Part shown: positions 34,967-46,193 of the stretch, piece after piece
Position numbering within the stretch: position 1 is the stretch's first letter
How the letters are laid out: each line of letters starts with the position of its first letter
Source: Eutreptiella sp. 'Long Island Sound 2002'
Lineage: Eukaryota; Protista; Euglenida
Direction of reading: 5' to 3'
Assembly: GCA_964036045.1 (NCBI GenBank)
Contig: OZ038378.1
Span: 155,434,001-155,498,000, forward strand
DNA: 64,000 bases
Notes under the pieces: model-generated
Database searches by the model: none
What the model was told of the DNA's origin: nothing
Seen by the model: the letters and a program-made list of their open reading frames with translations, nothing else
Program-made: the position numbers and the translations under genes

Positions 34967-35990
34967 CTTGAGGAAATTCATGGGGTCATTCACCTCACCA
35001 AAAGCGGTGTCAACAAGGACCGGGTCGCAGAACTCCCCCCAAAACGCAGGGTCGGCCCAGATTGGATGCGGCTTCCGGAACAGCGCCTTCAGAGTGAACT
35101 GCTGCCGCAGCTCCTGCTGGGCCTTCTCGGCATCCTTCACGCACTGCGAGTACAGGCTGTCCACGTAAGTTCCCGCGCGCACCTGGGAGCCCGACAGCGC
35201 GGTGTTGGCTATGAACTTGACGTACTTGATGCAGACCTCTGTGCTGGCCCCGCCACCAAAAAGCACGATGCCCTCGGGGTCCACGGCGAACCTGCCGCCA
35301 TGGATTGTGATCTCCTTCTTGGCCACGACCGCACACTTCTTACCCCCCACATACGTGGTCATGGTATCGGACCCAACTGTCACCACAACTCTCGTCCACT
35401 TCTCTAAAGGGACCGACCCGTCTTGCCCAAACGACTCATCCAGCCCCAGTCCCAAGTTCGCGCTGACGAGGCATTCGCCAACCTCTGTCGGGTACGGCCA
35501 GCCGGTGGTGTACACAGACAACCCCTGCGAAGGGGGTGCCGCTGGCAGCAGCATGTCCATAATCAGCGTGTACAACTGCACCTTCTCCCGCCTCTCTGGG
35601 AGTTGATCTTGATGCATCTCATCTTTTGCCAAAGGCTCCTCGGTCTCCTCCCCGCGGGCCTTAGCTCTACGTGCGCGGCGCTCCTGCATCTTCTTCTCCT
35701 TCTCTTTTTGCTTCTTCCAGATCATCTGCTGTGTTTCAATGCCCAACCGCACCTTCAAATATGCGCCGGGCTGCAGTCTCAGCATCGTTGCCTTGGTGTT
35801 CATTTCCTCCAGATTGCCCTCGCCCACCACCTGGGCCTTCTGGGGCAACGTACCATCCCGGAAGTCAAAGACACGCGTGTTTGGCTCCTCTTTTTTCTTC
35901 TTGTGGTCCGCCCGTTGATCCTTGACTCCGGGCACCTCGTAAAAATGCAGAGTGTCAGCTGCATCCGTCCACATCGTGGTATTCTCCGTT
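34967..35990 (-). pseudogene. LamG/concanavalin-A-like domain coding segment (also 48205-49228 and 61658-62681) fused to the 3' end of the secreted gene
   Basis: YTLIMDMLL...GECLVSANLGLG...VPLEKWTRVVVTV...TYVGG...GRFAVDPEGIVLFGG is LamG-like. Probable GT donor after NFLK followed by pyrimidine-rich intron-like sequence; no clear acceptor at the 5' side. Confidence 0.6.
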
Positions 35991-37740
35991 GGGTCTGGTT
36001 CGGCCTCGGCTGCCGCTGCTTCCAGCTCCTGGATCAGCTCCTCATCCGATTCATCATCCGATAAGGAGACAACGCGGCATGGTTGATACTCGCAATCGTC
36101 AGAAACCGCGGACCTTGCAAAGCTGCTGTTGTCCTCCATTCCAGCAGATTTGTCCGCGGCAGGACGCTCAATACTTTTGTTTGTCGCAGTGATGTGGGAA
36201 CCGATTGCCCTAGAACAGTGGACGTCAATTGCCCTTGAACACTGGAGGTCGATTGGCCTTGAATACTTGAAACCAGCGGTACTTGAACAGACGACGTCCG
36301 TGGGACTGGACCAGAGGAAATGAATGGGCCTTGTACGGAGGAAGTGAATGGGACGGCAGCGGTGCTGACGAAGTGGCCTTGAGCACTGGAAATCAGTTGA
36401 ACGGACGAAAAGCGACAATCAGGGAGCCGGCAAATCCTACTCTCTGCTGACGGTCCGTGGCCATCGCAGTCAGTCCCCCCATATCGGGGGACTGGGCTGC
36501 TGCACTCTCTTGTGCGTTGTTGGACCCCGAAACCGCATGGGCCCCATTCACCCCAAGGCCCGTAGCGGCCGTCCACGGCGCATGTGTCGCAGGGTCGGCT
36601 CTTGACGGCCGCGGGACACTTGGCTCCTCCGTTCTGCGGCGGCACCGCCACGGCGCGGGTGCGCGTGCGCATTCCGGTGGTGCAGCATCGACTCTACTCG
36701 GACCACCGATCGTACCCACAATCAACTGAGCACCCAAAGACCCCAATGAAGCTCTGGCCTTGAATAGTGGAAATTGATTGGCCTTGGACACTGGCCGCCG
36801 GTTGTGCCGGGCTGGGGCATGTTGCACTGCCGACGTTGGAGAAACCAGCATATCCCTTGGCACAAACAACCGACTTGGATTTCAACGTCTCAAGCGTGCA
36901 TCCACCGGCCCCTTCAGTGCACACCGCGTTGTTGTTGTTGTTGTTGTTGTCCTTGCGGATGCTGTACCCCATTGGGAGGACACACTTGGGCACAACTTTG
37001 ATACTGAGGGTGGCTTGATTTGAGGTCGCACCATTGTTGTCCGTCACAGTGTACTGGATAGTAACGGTGCCAACGTATCCTTGTACAGGGGTGAATGTGA
37101 CCACTCCGTTCGCATCCACAGTGGCAGTTCCCTGACCTTTGATTGTGGTTGTTGTTTGCCGACCGCGAGCTGCAGGGTCCAGGTTCACCCTGCTTGGGTC
37201 AATGGTTCCATCAGGATCAACGTCATTGCCAACCAAACTCACGGTCCCTGAAGTGCCGACGAAGTGCTGACTGGTATCACCACCGCATCAGGGGCAGCTT
37301 GTGGGGGGCCGTTCACTTTGATACTGAGGGTGGCTTCATTCGAGGTCGCACCATCGTTGTCATTCACAGTGTACGGGATAGTAACGGTGCCAACGTACCC
37401 TTGTACAGGGGTGAATGTGACTGCTCCGTACTCATTCACACTGGCCTCGCCCTGACCTCCCAATTTAAGCCAGGATTGCCGACCAGGAGCTGCAGGGAGC
37501 AGATCCACAGTGCTTGGGTCAATGGTCCCGTCAGAATCAACGTCATTGCCAACCACAAGGTGAGTCCCTGGACGGTCTGCTGGGAACACCACATTATCAT
37601 TGGCAGCTTGTGGTGGGGCGTTCACTTTGATACTGAGGGTGGCTTCATTTGAGGTCGCACCATCGTTGTCATTCACAGTGTGCGGGATAGGTTCAGAGTG
37701 CCATCAACGATGAACAAGAAACTGCCCCAGTCAGGCGCAG

Positions 37741-37935
37741 GCATGGTCTCCTGAGAGTCTTCAGGAACGTAAATGGGTTTTGTCGTACGAGGGCCACGAC
37801 GTCTCCACAACAGTCCTCGAAAAGGCCCTCACCGACCCTTCCATCAATGGGGACGTCCGGATGTTGCTGAACGAGCTTCAGCTCAATCCTTCTCTTCGTG
37901 CCACCGACAGGCCCCAGCAGCCTGCAGGATCTTAA
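37741..37935 (+). pseudogene. Clamp-loader (RFC-family AAA+) lid-domain fragment
   Basis: Hand translation PESLQERKWVL(S/W)YEGHDVSTTVLEKALTDPSINGDVRMLLNELQL matches the RFC consensus L.ERL..I...EG..V....LE......GD.R..LN.LQ; ends in TAA. Confidence 0.6.
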
Positions 37936-38174
37936 AGTGCCAATTGAGTTTGCGCCTGCAGTCCGATTGAAAGCGCGGCTGTTCTCGTGAAACAGATTTT
38001 GTGGTACGAGGGCCACGACGTCTCCACAACAGTCCTCGAAAAGGCCCTCACCGACCCTTCCATCAATGGGGACGTCCGGATGTTGCTGAACGAGCTTCAG
38101 CTCAATCCTTCTCTTCGTGCCACCGACAGGCCCCAGCAGCCTGCAGGCACTTAAAGTGCCAATTGAGTTTGCGC
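37778..38174. repeat. 219-bp internal tandem repeat: ~1.8 copies in unit 1, ~2.8 in unit 2 (~51017-51630)
   Basis: TTTGTSGTACGAGGGCCACGACG recurs every 219 bp; accounts for the 588-aa vs 661-aa ORF difference (73 codons). Confidence 0.95.
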
Positions 38175-38432
38175 TTCTTGGCGTTATCGCCCTTCTCGGC
38201 GCTGCCAGCGCTGGGGGTGGAGGGTACAGTCCGCTTGTCACCCGGCTGCTCATCCTTGGGTGTGGGGTTGGGTGCTCCTCTTCCACCAGTGGGGGGTGCT
38301 GAGGACCTTCGTCCTCCACCAGGGTTACCCTTACCGGGGGGTCCCCCACGATTACGGCCTCCCCCCTCGGGGTTACCTTTACCGGCGTTCTTTCGCCGTT
38401 CTTCTTATGGCTCATGGAATTCGTGTGTTCAG

Positions 38433-38546
38433 GTCCCCGTCTTGTGGTCCGAGAAATATAGGCCCACAATCGACACCTTCGTGGCGGGGCCGCAATTCGT
38501 GCAGCTCCAGAAGTTCTTGACCGAGTTCCGTGAGGATGACCCCCAG
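38433..38546 (+). pseudogene. 114-bp exon encoding the RFC-family N-terminal WxEKYRP motif (copy 2: 51890-52003)
   Basis: TTCAG|GTC...CAG|GTGTGT; 38 codons VPVLWSEKYRPTIDTFVAGPQFVQLQKFLTEFREDDPQ. Confidence 0.65.
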
Positions 38547-41500
38547 GTGTGTGTGCCCCATCCGTCATCCCCACGCAGCCTGGAAGGTGGGTCCCTGGAC
38601 GGTCTGCTGGGAACACCACATTATCATTGGCAGCTTGTGGGGGGGCGTTCACTTTTGGGAGGCCATACAGAAAAAAATACAGGTCATCACCGTTAGACTC
38701 CAAAAAGGCGCCGTTCTGGCCGGCTGATATGTACGCCACCCCATCAGGGTAACCGTTGGCATGTGATGAAAGGGACTTGTCGCTCTGAGATTCCATATAG
38801 AAGTAGTAGTTATAAGCAGGAGAAAGCTCCACCTCCGGGGGAAATGTCCACCTCTTGCCACCGAATGATGAGTCATCGACTGACACTGAGCTGGCGATGA
38901 GACTGGCCGATGTGGACAGGTCAGCGGGTGTACCAGTGTATGGCGCGGACAAGATGTGGAGAGTGCCGACCGCATAATGTGCCGGGGACTGATCGTAAAC
39001 GACAAAATTGAACTGGATGTTATTGTAGGGGACTAGCACATTCAATTTCGGTATCGGAATCGAAACGGCCTGCCCGTAGAACTGCCCGTCCGTCTGCCCG
39101 CTGTTTGTGAGACCGCTGTTAACCGGCCAATTAAGGATGATGGGCGCAACTCCGCAAGCAGGGAGATCGAACGTCCCACCATTGACTGGGCATTGAACAT
39201 TGCGCGTGTCTAGATTGCCCTTATAACCCTCAGCGCACGTCAGTAAATTCCGGGTGTCAGCACTTGCTGCGAGCGCACCAACGGTACAGCCAGCCTCACC
39301 GTTGTTGCAGCTGGTGTCTGTGCTCAATGTTCCCACGGGAAGAGTGCAGAGGGGTTGGCCTGATGCAACCGAGTTCATGTAAAGCAGGATGAGAAAACAC
39401 GAAATCCTGAACAAGAGCATGTTGCTTCCAGCAAAAAGGAGCCCAAAAATAATAGACACTCAGAGCATGGGATGTACGAGAACGGGCATGTGTCTAGGAC
39501 GAGTCCAACCATTCTCCCCTTCCCCTCCCCACTAATTAGGTCTCACCCCTCTCAAGGGGCCTTCCGCCCACTTCTACTGCGCGCGGCGGGGGGGGGGGGG
39601 GTCGCGTCTCAACGCAAGAATTTGTCTCCTCTTTGCTGCATGGGAATGCGGGAACGTGGTGCGGGTGAGAATATTGTGGTACATTGTGGTCACCAAACTC
39701 AACATCCCAGGGGCGGATGTCGCAGAGTTGTTGCGGCATGGGTGGTCGTGGGCATACAACCTTCTTATGAGTGTACCATTTCCCCCTACCTTGTGTTGCA
39801 AGAGGGGTGGGTGCTTCTACCCAGTGGTACAACGAATTTAGCCCTTTTTGGACAACTTCATCTGCCACATTGTGGACTGTGGCCGACTGGGTACCCCTGG
39901 GCAAGTCCGGGTCCCCAACTTTGTGGTAGACTAGTCCAGAGGTAGTTAACGGGGGTGGCGGTGGCATGGCCGGCAGGTAGAATATTGGTGTCTTAGTTGG
40001 GGTGGAGACATGCCGCATCAATCCTGTAGCCTTACTTGGAGTGCTGTACGGGCTCTAGAAGGAATCCATCATGCCGCTTGGGCCACGGATGCTCAGTTGG
40101 ACGGCGGAGTCCCCGCCGCTAAATTATGTTACATACCCTGGACCCTGTAAAACCTCCACTAGGAGACCCAACTTGCTGATCAAGACTCAATACTATGACT
40201 GAGCTGGGTCTGTATGGTTCTCCTCAAAAGGGTTGAAAAACCGCTCATTTTCATGTCAAAAGCCAGCAACTCATCCCTTACCCCACAACCACAAGGTGCA
40301 CAACATTGCGATGATGCAGGATTGCAGAAAGCTGTACACAAAGCTGTGCCTTTGATCATCACCAAAGCTGACGTGCACACTGAGAGTCCTGTTCAGGGTT
40401 TTTGCTTCGAGCTTGGGTCTAGCATATTTTCATTGTTCTTAATTTGAATCTGAGGCACCCAGGGCTGTGGAATAGAAGCCAACAATTGCACATGGTTGCT
40501 TTTTGGGGCAGGCTTTGGAACGGCCTTGGCCAGGGGCTTAGGAATGGGTTTGGGCTCCTGGGCTCCTTTCCTTCAGAACAAAATCATCCTTTGCGACATG
40601 CAGCCTACCCTCAAAAACATGACCCCATCCCCAAAGCCCACATGCCATTTTTTCCCATCCTGCTGAAAATCATTCCACGATTGCACATTACACGGATGTG
40701 GGTAACAGCCATGCCATAAACAGCAAATGGTCAGTCGTTAAAAAAAGCAGATCAAAATGTGAACCAATGGCCGTAACTCTCAAGTAAAATGTTGCAATTT
40801 CCACAGACAACCCTAACAATCATCAAACAGCCCCTCTGTCTGATCCATCGCCTCAAAATAATGTTGAAAAAACGGTTTTTGCCACAGGAATAAATTTCGC
40901 TCCGGCTTTAGTTCACATAAGATCCCAAAATTGCTGTGGTAAGTTTCACATACAGGGGGGGGGGGGGGGGGCTGGCCCGGCGTGCACCTGGCGCGCTACT
41001 TTTGTACCAAGTATTCCAACTTTAGCCCCAGTTCTACCCTCCCCTGAGGGGGAATGTTTGCCCGGCGCGCTACTTTTCTATTAACTATCCCGACTTCAGC
41101 CCCAGATTTACCCTCTCATGGAGAAGCCCCCCAAGTAGACCACATTGCACTGCACACCTTCCCTACAAAGCACGTTGCAAAATAAAGCAATATCTGTGAC
41201 TTCAACCACTGCAACTGTCATTTGTAGTGTAATTAACAAACAACATTGGTCCCACAAGTGTGGGTGTCAATACATTCATTACAATAGTGCTCCTTACACT
41301 CATCACAAACTGCGACGGTGGAGCGCCTTTGGCAACACAAAACACACACTTCCGCCTCATCCTCTGTGGATTGTGAGTCCCTAACCCCAACTCGAGGGGC
41401 CACGCAACAAAGCGTGGATTGTGAGTCCCTAACCCCAACTCGAGGGGCCACGCAACAAAGCGTGGATTCAAAGATTGTCCCGGTTTCCTCAATAGCACCG

Positions 41501-44500
41501 GAAGGTTGGGGCCCAAACGAGGGTGGAAATGCTACGTCACCCCTGCATTCTCGGGGGTCCCCAACAAAGGAGACAAAATCAGAAGTCAAAACCTACGCCG
41601 GGGGGTCACCATGATGCTCCTAGTATCTCAAAGTGTGGGTCCCTAGTACAGCCAGGCGCCCAAATAGCTGCACTGTGCTAAGTGCGCCCCCTTAGCGCAC
41701 CCCCTAAAAGGTCACCGGTGGGGCACGTGTCCAAAAAGATGCCCGGCGCGCGCCCGGCGCGCCCCTGAGAAGCCTCCCAAGCAAACCAGAATCAACCGCA
41801 AACCTTTCCAGACCAGTTTTGTAAATTCCACTTGCTCAACACATATGACATGGATTGTGCCTAATAAACAATTTCACATGTGTACACTCCGCACAATAAT
41901 TTCAACTACATGCACCACAAACTGTGGTGGTGTGCTTCTAACAGCACAATACACAAACCCCAACGTCATCCCCTCCATCATCTTGTATGGCAGCTGAGTT
42001 GCTTGCATAAGCAGTTTTCTGAACATGAGGGGCAACATGTTCCCATGGTACATAAGGGGGGTAATGGACCAACGTGCCATTCTATCTCCCAATGAAGGCA
42101 CAATGAAATGAATACGGTCCCGGTACGCCCCTTCATGGCCCCCAGCCTCAAAAGCAAACCGACCAGCTTGTGTGTGAGATGGTCCGTACCTTCCCCATGT
42201 TAAGACATGCCATCTGAGGGGAAAATGAAATGGCTACATAACCCCTGCATTCTCTGCAGAGTGTGGAGGAATCAGAGTGGTTGCTTAGTACAGTGCTGGT
42301 CACGGGCATTTTGGCCTTAAAAGATGCCCAGTGCACTAACGCACCCCCTCTACCTCCTAGATCTACTACGTGAACACAATGGCACAAATAGTGGAACACA
42401 CATCATCGTCCAAAAAGCATGTGGTAAGTTTTGCACCAAACTGATTTGCCAAGTTTCCTAGAATGAAACAGACCCGTCCGAAGCCCCCGCCCCCCCGCCC
42501 ACACACAGAGGCCAAGTTCTTGCACTGTGTGCGCACTGCGTGCGCACTACGTGCATACTGCGCACGCAGAGGCTGGGATACTCACCCAAGAATACCTGTC
42601 ACCTGTCTAGTAGCACGGGGAAGCAGCAAAGCCCACATGAGAACAACGAAACTGCCTTCAACTTGGTAATCAACTGTCTTTATGAACAAGCCACTCAGCC
42701 TTGTGGTTGTTCTTCCAAAAATCAAAATGGGCCCTATGGAATTCATTGAGGAAGAGGACCCGCTCAAGGGGTCGACATTTTCGGAGACTCATGGGTGGGG
42801 GCGGGGTTGAGGGCCACCGGTCCTTGTATTGATTTAAGATTGCCACCTCCTTAGCGTGCATGGCCTTCAACTTACTCTTCACCACATCATGGTACCGAAT
42901 GCTTGGATGTACTTCAACGGAGCCTCCTCCATGCTTTGAGGGGTCCTCGTCCTTCTTTTTTCCCACTCGTGCTTTGCCACCACTCTTGAATTGATGCCCG
43001 GCGCGCACCCCGTGCGCTAACGCCCATGCAGGGGAGGAAATAGGGGGAAATGGTTGAAAATGGGCAAAAATGGTAGACAATTCAAATATGCCACATCCTG
43101 AATGCTTAGGAAGCTAAAAAAAACCCCGGTACGGAACCAAAAACTTGTGAAAAGGGGTTGAAACTAGGGTTCGAGTGCGTGCATGGCATTCCCACACACT
43201 TGTACCAAGCAAATGAGGACTTTTCTAGATCCAGTCACCCTGCTGATTCCTAGGGCATGGGGTGTAGGCCCTGGTGGCGCATAGCTGCGTTGGTTGTCAT
43301 GCAATGTTGAGCCTTTGGGACCTTGGACTGCTGTGTGTGTGAGTGCCCCAAGTGGTGGGCAGATGGTTGACCGGAGCAATTTACACCGGATCTCACGAGA
43401 GCTCGCGCTTGCTGCAGCTGATCCGCTCGTACCAACTGTGCATCGGTTGCTTGGAAGGGTTGAAGGCCATGGACACAGCGAGGGCTCACTGTGGTGGGCA
43501 TCATTTCTGGCACTGCTTCTCTTTTTGAGCTTCCGAAGATCCGCACCGCGCGTGCACCGTGCAGACAGCAACCCTTTTGGAACCAAGTTGTCCTATTTCA
43601 TTAGTTGTGACCATCCAACTATATCCTGGGCGCATACATTGCAGATTTGGTCATTTGATGCATCGATGGGACGTCCGTGCTTCCCTTAATGTGGGCCATC
43701 TAATGTTGTGTTTCACGATCAGTAAGGTATTGTGGGACAGAAAATGTTTTCATGGCGGGTGTGTTAGATATAACGACGAATGGTGGGAGCATGTGATGTA
43801 CGAGAACGGGCATGTGTCTAGGACGAGTCCAACCATTCTCCCCTTCCCCTCCCCACTAATTAGGTCTCACCCCTCTCAAGGGGCCTTCAGCCCACTTGTA
43901 CTGCGCGCGCGCGGGGGTCGCGTCTCAACACAAGAATTTGTCTCCTCTTTGCTGCATGGGAATGCGGGAACGTGGTGCGGGTGAGAATATTTTTTTTTGC
44001 TCAGACTCACAAGTTCATCGTAAGTGCTCGGCCAGACGGGCCGGATCAGTAATGACAGTGTAAGTACAACATATGTTGTCCCGTGCGATACCTGGGCCGC
44101 ATACCACCCGTGGTGGCGGGACGTATATTTGAAACTCACCTGTAACCTGTCATCCGCTCATGCAGTATCAGAAACTGCCGAGCCACCGGGGCAACGAAGA
44201 AAGAAAAACAGTAAATGAGAAAAAGTCTGCTGTGAGAAAAAGAGAGTAGCTTGCCTGGCGTCTCTGGTGGGATTATGTCCTTCATGTAACTCATGTACGT
44301 GGGCGCTTGATTGTCCATTGTGCTCTCTGGTCTTCAGGTCCACTGCGTTTTCTGCCCCTGGGGATATTCATCTGCTCGACGCTGGATGAGCATGCAAATG
44401 TCCGATCCCGCTGTGGATCAACGAAACCACAATATTCAGAAACACAGTGTAGGCACAAAAAAACCACCCTTTTTTGCCTCCTTGCCTGCCTTTGGTCTGA

Positions 44501-45362
44501 ACCCACCAAGTGACAACTGACAGCACACCAGCAGACATCCGGCGTGTGCGCAACATTCCAGCATTGTTGCTCACGGTGCCTTGCCGCTGATTGTGCAGCT
44601 GTTGTGGAGTACATTGTGCGCAGCACAACGATAATTCTGCATGCAACAATTTGTCTGAAATTTTTCTATTTAGAATTCTTGGCCCAGACCAAGATGAGCT
44701 GGCCTAGACTGGTCACTGCACCAAATTAGGCAGGGGAAATGCAGTAGCAAGGCGAACATGCACCAGATTTCCAGCACACAGCTCGCAATGCCCATAACTC
44801 CACCGGGACTTGCGTGGCGCCACCCACGTCTCAGCACAACTCTGGAGGCTCTGAGAGGTTGGTGAGAAAGAGAAAAGATGCAATGGAAAGATAAATCTTA
44901 ATGCAACAATTTGTCTGAAACTTTTCTATTTAGAATTCTTGGCCCAGACCAAGATGAGCTGGCCTAGACTGGTCACTGCACCAAATTAGGCAGGGGAAAT
45001 GCAGTAGCAAGGCGAACATGTACCGGATGTCCAGCACACAGCTCGCAATGCCCACAAATCCACCGGGACTTGCGTGGCGCCACCCACGTCCAAGCACAAC
45101 TCTGGAGGCTTTGAGAGGCTTAGCCCCCTAACCAGGCATCCTTCAGGTGTGCTTGGCACGGCACGAGCCCAGGGGGAAGGCAACAACTGTCTTGACCGTA
45201 ATCCCTCTGACGAGTGATGGCGACAGGGTGCTGCAGGCTTCAGGGGGTCAATAGGGGGCAGCCCCTCCTCTTGCCGTGTTTGTTTCCGGCCTCCTGCCAA
45301 TGTGCTGCCCCTCTTGCCCATCTCTGTGCCGCGCACCCAAACTCCCTCGCCCCATACTCTAC

Positions 45363-46193
45363 CTGGAGCTGGAAAGGGGAGATGCTCTTGCTCTTCGCCT
45401 GCATCACGGCAGCATGGGCCAGCTGCTTGCACCCAAGTTTGATCAGGTGATTATCGTTGTCGCTCAGCTTTTTCAGGCAGTGCAGGTCGTTGATGACGAA
45501 CTTCAAATACTGCAGCCGCAACATGAAGGTCACCGCCTTCACCTTCGTCTCACTCATCCCCCTCCAGAGCAGCAAGTACCGCACCGACTCCAAAAATGCT
45601 CGATACGCTGATGCCTGGCACCGTGGGGGCGTCCGGAAGGCACTGCAAGGTTCGTCACAGGTTTCCGCAATCGCGGCCTGCAACGGTTTGCCTGCAAGCC
45701 ACGGCAGCAGCCAGTCGTAGACGTTCTCCACATGCTTCTCTGGGCCATCTCCTATCATGCTCATCAGGAAGTACATCCACCATGAATCATCCTGCATCCT
45801 GTCATCGGGGATGTTATCAATGGCAATGCAGCCTTTGTACTTGATTTTGCCATCCAGCGTTGCCACCGAGGGATGATACGGGTTCTCGTCCCCACCCGCG
45901 CACGCCACAAAGCGGAATCCTGACGCCTTCTTGATCAGCATGAAGACAATCTTCTTCGGTGAGGGCAACAGCAGTGCCTGTCCCACTCCCAACTCCCCGA
46001 TGTTCTTCTTCAAGAACTTCAACAGCGCGGTCAGCCGCGACACACTCTGCAGGGTCCGCTGCCGCAGGCCGAAGCCCACTGCGCGCTCCAGGTCCTTGAG
46101 GGTGGACAGCAGACGATCTTGGTCCTCTTCCATGAAACTTCCCATCCACTGCGACTGCTCCTTCGCCATGCGCGCCATCGAAAAGTGCAGCAC
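45363..46193 (-). CDS. Orphan exon X, copy 2: intact 831-bp phase 0-0 exon of an unidentified large protein
   Basis: Pyrimidine tract CTTCTGCTTCCTCCTCCGCGACAG|GTG CTG CAC at 46195/46193; donor CTC CAG|GTAGAG at 45363/45362; 277 open codons with globular composition. Confidence 0.7.

Larger units (their letters stand above)
36034..39420 (-). pseudogene. Secreted multidomain protein pseudogene: signal peptide, Cys-rich module, beta-rich domain, 3 Ig/cadherin-like (CshA-type) repeats, second Cys module, 2 TSP1 repeats, SSVQGQ repeats
   Basis: ATG at 39420, MLLFRISCFLILLYMNSVASG. Repeats NAPPQAAND...GNDVD.DGTIDP...VTFTP..GYVGTVTI.YTV.D..GATSN.ATLSI.V. TSP1 motifs WSE*SRC..G.RTRTR and WGEWGPC..GVQQRTREC. 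Broken by an 893-bp insert (37691-38583), an 11-bp duplication (~37250-37271) and a TAG stop where W is expected (36694-36696). Confidence 0.8.

Noticed and set aside
37693-38583. C-terminal half of the 588/661-aa ORF as genuine protein
   Set aside because: It is antisense read-through of the inserted RFC-fragment segment; the authentic frame stops being adhesin-like at ..GTHL.
40100-40125. CGGCGG-AGTCC-CCGCCG hairpin followed by CTAA as a Helitron 3' end for the array unit
   Set aside because: The stem is only 6 bp, CTRR is adjacent rather than ~10 nt away, the site is ~140 bp from the unit junction, and no matching 5' TC end or RepHel ORF was found. A Helitron origin is unproven.
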